NCBI GenBank assembly: GCA_963514005.1
Contig: OY740813.1
Span: forward strand, 31,558,001 to 31,622,000
Origin: Raja brachyura
Lineage: Eukaryota
Length of the DNA stretch: 64,000 nucleotides
Direction: 5' to 3'
The position numbers and the translations under genes were made by a program. The notes below the pieces were generated by a model. It did not search any database and was not told where the DNA came from. It saw only the letters and a list, made by a program, of their open reading frames with translations. How positions within the stretch are numbered: the stretch's first letter is position 1; each line of letters begins with the position of its first letter. Shown here in pieces: positions 59,180 to 64,000 of the stretch.

Positions 59180-62100
59180 GAGCACAGACTCTCCTAGTGG
59201 CGGCATGCTGTAAAGGTTGCAAACTCGTTTGCTCCCTTAACTTTTACCTTCCACTTACCACTCTTTCAATGTTACTTGTGACTATTTGACCTCAAGACAC
59301 TGCCTAACTTTTCATAAAGTGTTGATAACACTATTACATGCCTTAATTGTGAAAAGGATGGAGACAAAAAGGAAAGGAGGCTCCCCAAGGAATGAACAGG
59401 GGAAAGCCACAACCACAGCCACAGCTTCTGACTCCAGTATCGTAGAAGCAATATCGAAAATGAACGATGAATTGAAAAATGAACTGAAAAATGAAATGAA
59501 AACAAGATTTGGCAGTTTGGAAGAAATGGTGAAAGGAGTTTCGACCAAACTGAAGGAAGTCCAAAGAAAACTGTCTATGCTACAAGATGAAATTCATGAA
59601 CAAAAGGATGAAATTGATATCTTGCGAACCCTGGGCCAGGAGAGAGATTTGAAGATTGAAAAACTGGTACGGAGAATGAATGAAAACACTCGAGCACTTC
59701 AGCAATACAAGACTAAAAATATGGACCTGGAAAATAGAAGCCGTCATTTGAATTCACGAATTGTTGTTTTGCCGGAAGGTCAAGAAGAAGATAACGTTAT
59801 AAATATGCTTCTAAAATGATAAAGGAAACTTTCAACATTGAGCACAATGAAAACCTTCCATTTTTGGATAACGCACATAGGATTGGGAAGAAATCTGGTA
59901 ATAAACCGAGACACTTAATTATTCAGTTTCACTTTTTGCAAATGATGGAGAATATTCTCCAGGCAGCAAAAATGTTGGGCATGGATGAATGTGAAGGATG
60001 CAAATTTCGGTTTGTTCCTGATTATAGTTACGAGCTTTTGGAAATAAGGAAGTCCTTTCATAATGTAATGTCTGATATGTTCAAGAAAAAGCTGTGCCCT
60101 GTCTTACTATACCCAGCTAGATTGTGTATTCGACTTTTCAACGGTAATACTCGATTTTTTAACAATCCTCAAGACGCTTCCAGCTTTTTGGAGAGTTACG
60201 AGGAGAAGGGGAGTAATTGACAGCTGATTAAGTTATAATTCGAGATTTACTGTTCCTATTTTGACAACATATCGTTTGGTAATGATTAAGAATTTTATTG
60301 GACAAGTTGTTTTTCTTTTATATATACTAACTTAAGAATTTCTTTGTTAGTTTGTTTTCCCCTGTCGTTAGACAAACTAAGAGAACGCTGTTCTTGTTTT
60401 TCATATGTTGACCTTGGATAATATTATGTAGCATTCGCTCTTTAACTCCATTGCCAGCCTGTATTTTTTCTCTCTCTTTCAAACAATAACAATGACCGTG
60501 TTACGGCTAGGGAGTGGGTAATGATCCTCTCCATGTCGGGTGCGGTTGCTAGGAGAGATGGGGTCAGGGATGTGATTAGGTAGCTTACTGACTGTCTATT
60601 GGTCAGTTTGGAGCTTTACAGGGGTGGGGGGGAGGGTTTTGTTTTGTTCCTTATTTAGTGTCCTTCATTTGTGCAAAATCTGAACTACAAAAATGTCTGA
60701 AATGTCGTCACTTCTGGCTCCCCCCTAGATTTTTCTTCTTCCAGTATCAAGAACTATTAGGCTTTAAGAAATTAACCCTTTACATCCCACATGATATTTA
60801 CAAGCAATAAGTTAACCATCCCATTAAGAGGAATTTTTTTTTAAGTCCTTCACAGACTAAATACTCAGAATATCTTTGTTCAGGAAACTCATGGAAGGCA
60901 AGAATGACAATCTACGATTCTTCAAGTTTTGAAGAGGACAGCAGTTTCATTCAAATACGCAGGCTGTGAAAGGAGTCTCTATTTTTATTGACTCCTCAAT
61001 TCCATTTCTTCACTATGAAACAATTTTGGGTTCCATATGGCAGATTTTTGGTGATTACCGGTTCTTTAAAAGCAAAAACTTGGTACGGTGAATGTCTACG
61101 AACCTAATATTGATCACCCTGAGTTTTTTAAACAGTTAATTGCATCCTTTCATAGAAACATAGAAAATAGGTGCAGTAGTAGGCCATTCGGCCCATCGAG
61201 GCTGCACCGCCATTCAATACGATCATGGCTGATCATCCAACTCAGTATCACGTACCTCCCTTCTCTCCATACCCCCTGATTCCTTTAGCCACAAGGGCCA
61301 CATCTAACATCCTCTTAAATATAGCTAATGAACTGGCCTCAACTACCTTCTGTGGCAGAGAATTCCAGAGACTCACCACTCTGTGTGAAAAATGTTTTCC
61401 TCATCTCGGTCCTAAAGGAATTCCCCCTTATCCTTAGACTGTGACCCCTTGTTCTGGACCTCCCCCAACATCGGGAACAATCTTCCTTCATCTAGCCTGT
61501 CCAACCCCTTAAGAATTTGAAAGTTTCTATAAGATCCCCCCTCAATCTTCTAAATTCTAGCGAGTACAATCCAAGTCTATCCAGTCTTTCATGATATGAA
61601 AGTCCTGACATCCCAGGAATCAGCCTGGTGAACCTTCTCTGTACCCCCTCTATGGCAAGAATGCCTTTCCTTAGATTTGGAGACCAAAACTGTACGCAAT
61701 ACTCCAGGTGTGGTCTCACCAAAACCCTGTACAACTGCAGTAGAATCTCCCTGCTCCTATACTCAAATCCTTTCGCTATGAATGCTAACATACCATTTGC
61801 TTTCTTCACTGCCTGCTGCACCAGCATGCCTATTTTCATTAACTGGTGTACCATGACACCCAGGTCTCGTTGCATCTCCCCTTTTCCTAATCGTCCACCA
61901 TTCAGATAATAGTCTACCCTCCTGTCTTTGCCACCAAAGTGGATAACCTCACATTTTTCCACATCATACTGCATCTGCCATGCATTTGCCCACACACCCA
62001 ACCTATCCAAATCACCTTGCAGCCTCCCCCTCAAACCTAACTATACCCCGCAGCTTAGTGCCATCCGCAAACTTGGAGATGTTGCATTCAATTCCCTCGT

Positions 62101-64000
62101 CCAAATCATTAATATATATGGTAAATAGCTGGGGTCCCAGCACTGAGCCTTGCGTTACCCCACTAGTCACTGCCTGCCATTCTGAAAAGGACCCATTTAC
62201 TCCTACCCTTTGCTTCCTGTCTGCTAGCCAGTTCTCTACCCACATCAATACTGAACCCCCAATACCGTGTGCTTTAGGTTTGTATACTAATCTCTTATGT
62301 GGGACCTTGTTGAAAACCTTCTAAAAGTCCAGATATAACACATCTACTTGTTCTCCCTTATCCACTCTACTAGTTACATCCTCGAAAAATTCTATAAGAT
62401 TCGTCAGACATGATTTACCTTTTGTAAATCCATGCTGACTTTGTCCAATGATTTCACCACTTTCCAAATATGCTGCTATCCCATCTTTAATAACTGACTC
62501 TAGCAGTTTCCCCACTATCGATGTTAGACTAACTGGTAACAATATAACAATTACAGCACGGAAACAGGCCATCTCGGCCCTTCAAGTCCGTGACAAACAA
62601 CTTTTTTCCCTTAGTCCCACCTGAACAATGGGTCTGTAATTCCCCATTTTCTCTCTCCCTCCTTTTTAAAAAAAGTGGGGTTACATTAGCTCAGGATATT
62701 ATCCTCAGGAACTACTCCAGAATCTAAGGAGTTTTGAAAAATTATCACCAGTGCATCCACTATTTCAGCCATGATCATATTGAATGGCTGTGCAGGCTCG
62801 AAGGGCCGAATGGCCTAATCCTGCACCTATTTTCTATGTTTCTGTGTTTCTATATTTCTATTCTTCCACCCAAATGACAAGGAATTTTCATTTTTCTCTC
62901 ATGTATATCATAGTTATTCTAGGATCAACTATTTTATAATAGATTCTCGGCTAGTTCCATTGGTCACTGCATGTGTGTATGATGCAATTGCTATTTCTGA
63001 TCACGCACCATTGAAACTATTAATCAAACTACCTGATTCCAAGTTTAGTGCTAAAAAATGGCGATTTAATGCTACTTTGCTCCAAGACTTAAATTTTATT
63101 AATTTTATGAAAGATCAGATTGCTTTTTACTTATTGACAAACTCTACTGAAGAAATATCCAATGGTGTAGTCTGGGATGCTTTTAAGGCATATATTTGTG
63201 GACAAATTATTTGATACTCCGCGGGATTAAAAAAAACAAACTGAAAAAGAAATACGTACATTGGCTGACGAGATTAAAGAAATTGATAAAAAATATTCAA
63301 AAGCTCCTAGTGTAGAGCACTATCAGAATAGAGTTGAACTTCAATTGAGATATGATTTGTTATTAGTATCACCGATTGAGATTGAGCTACTTAAATCCAA
63401 ATGTCAATTTTATATACATGGCAATAAATCTGCTAAATTACTTACGAATCTGTTGAAAGCGGTGTCGGCCAAGCGTCAGATTACTAAAGTGAGTAAATGG
63501 AGTGGTACATTAACTGTAGACCATGACGAAATTAATAAATCCTTTCAGGAATTTTATACCTCCCTATACCAATATGAATTTCCTACTGATTCCAATATAA
63601 TGCATGAGTTTTTAAAGGAACTGAATTTACCAAATTTACCATATAATGAATGTCTGTTGTTAGATGAACCCATCACCGAAGAAGAAATACAGAAAGCAAT
63701 TATTTCAATGAATTTTGGTAAAGCTCCCGGTTTAGATGGGTTTACAGTAGAATTTTTAAAGTATTTTTCAAATTTATTGTCTCCCTGGCTATGCTAGTTA
63801 TTTAAAGAAGCCTTTTTAAGGAATAGATTACCACAATCTTTTTATGAAGCATTTTTTTCCTTAATTCTTATAAAAGATAAAGACCCTACTGAAGTGACAT
63901 CATATAGACCAATATCAATGTTAAATGTAGATTCCAAAATATTAGCTATGAAATTGGAAAACATTTTACCGCAAATTATCTCTGAAGATCAGATAGATTC
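59180..64000 (+). mobile_element. L1-clade LINE (ORF1 plus degenerate ORF2), running off the window
   Basis: ORF1 59358-60220: coiled coil, DLENRSR..N.RI..LPEG, LLYPARL. ORF2: QETH, VNVYEPN, SDHAPL, WRFNATLL, KAPGLDGFTVEF, YRPISMLNVDSKIL. Confidence 0.9.
61152..62860 (-). mobile_element. CR1 insertion into the L1 ORF2 endonuclease, with CR1 3' tails at both ends
   Basis: Minus-strand CR1 from 61152, a small family B tail at 62538-62625, and a + strand 3' UTR/tail at 62766-62860. Confidence 0.85.

Noticed and set aside
1-64000. CRISPR arrays, rRNA/tRNA genes, prokaryotic systems
   Set aside because: Vertebrate intron-exon DNA; no repeat-spacer arrays. The only tRNA-like sequences are the SINE head and the Gypsy PBS.

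Overview
Eukaryotic genomic DNA from a cartilaginous fish, most likely a skate or ray (inferred from the IgM sequence and the CR1/HER1-type and HE1-type repeats). The only host gene is the constant-region half of one immunoglobulin mu (IgM) heavy-chain cluster on the + strand: CH1 (3344-3640), CH2 (6602-6913), CH3 (7491-7790), CH4 plus secretory tail (8281-8672), TM1 (16993-17120) and TM2 (17284-17292). All six exons are open and have GT-AG boundaries. No VH, D, JH or second C gene was seen. The rest is transposable-element sequence: two CR1 LINE families, an L1, Rex1/Babar, Penelope-derived palindromes with hammerhead-like cores, a DIRS element and a V-SINE. A 13.4-kb Gypsy element carries nested Harbinger, ERV and DNA-transposon insertions, and there is a foamy-virus-like RT fossil. 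Most notable: (i) the IgM TM exons are bracketed by a near-identical 1128-bp direct repeat, whose upstream copy sits inside a Penelope hammerhead palindrome; (ii) a young three-copy DNA transposon with 7-bp TSDs; (iii) a spuma-like RT relic; (iv) non-canonical CH2 and TM residues. Family assignments rest on motif recall, not on database searches.
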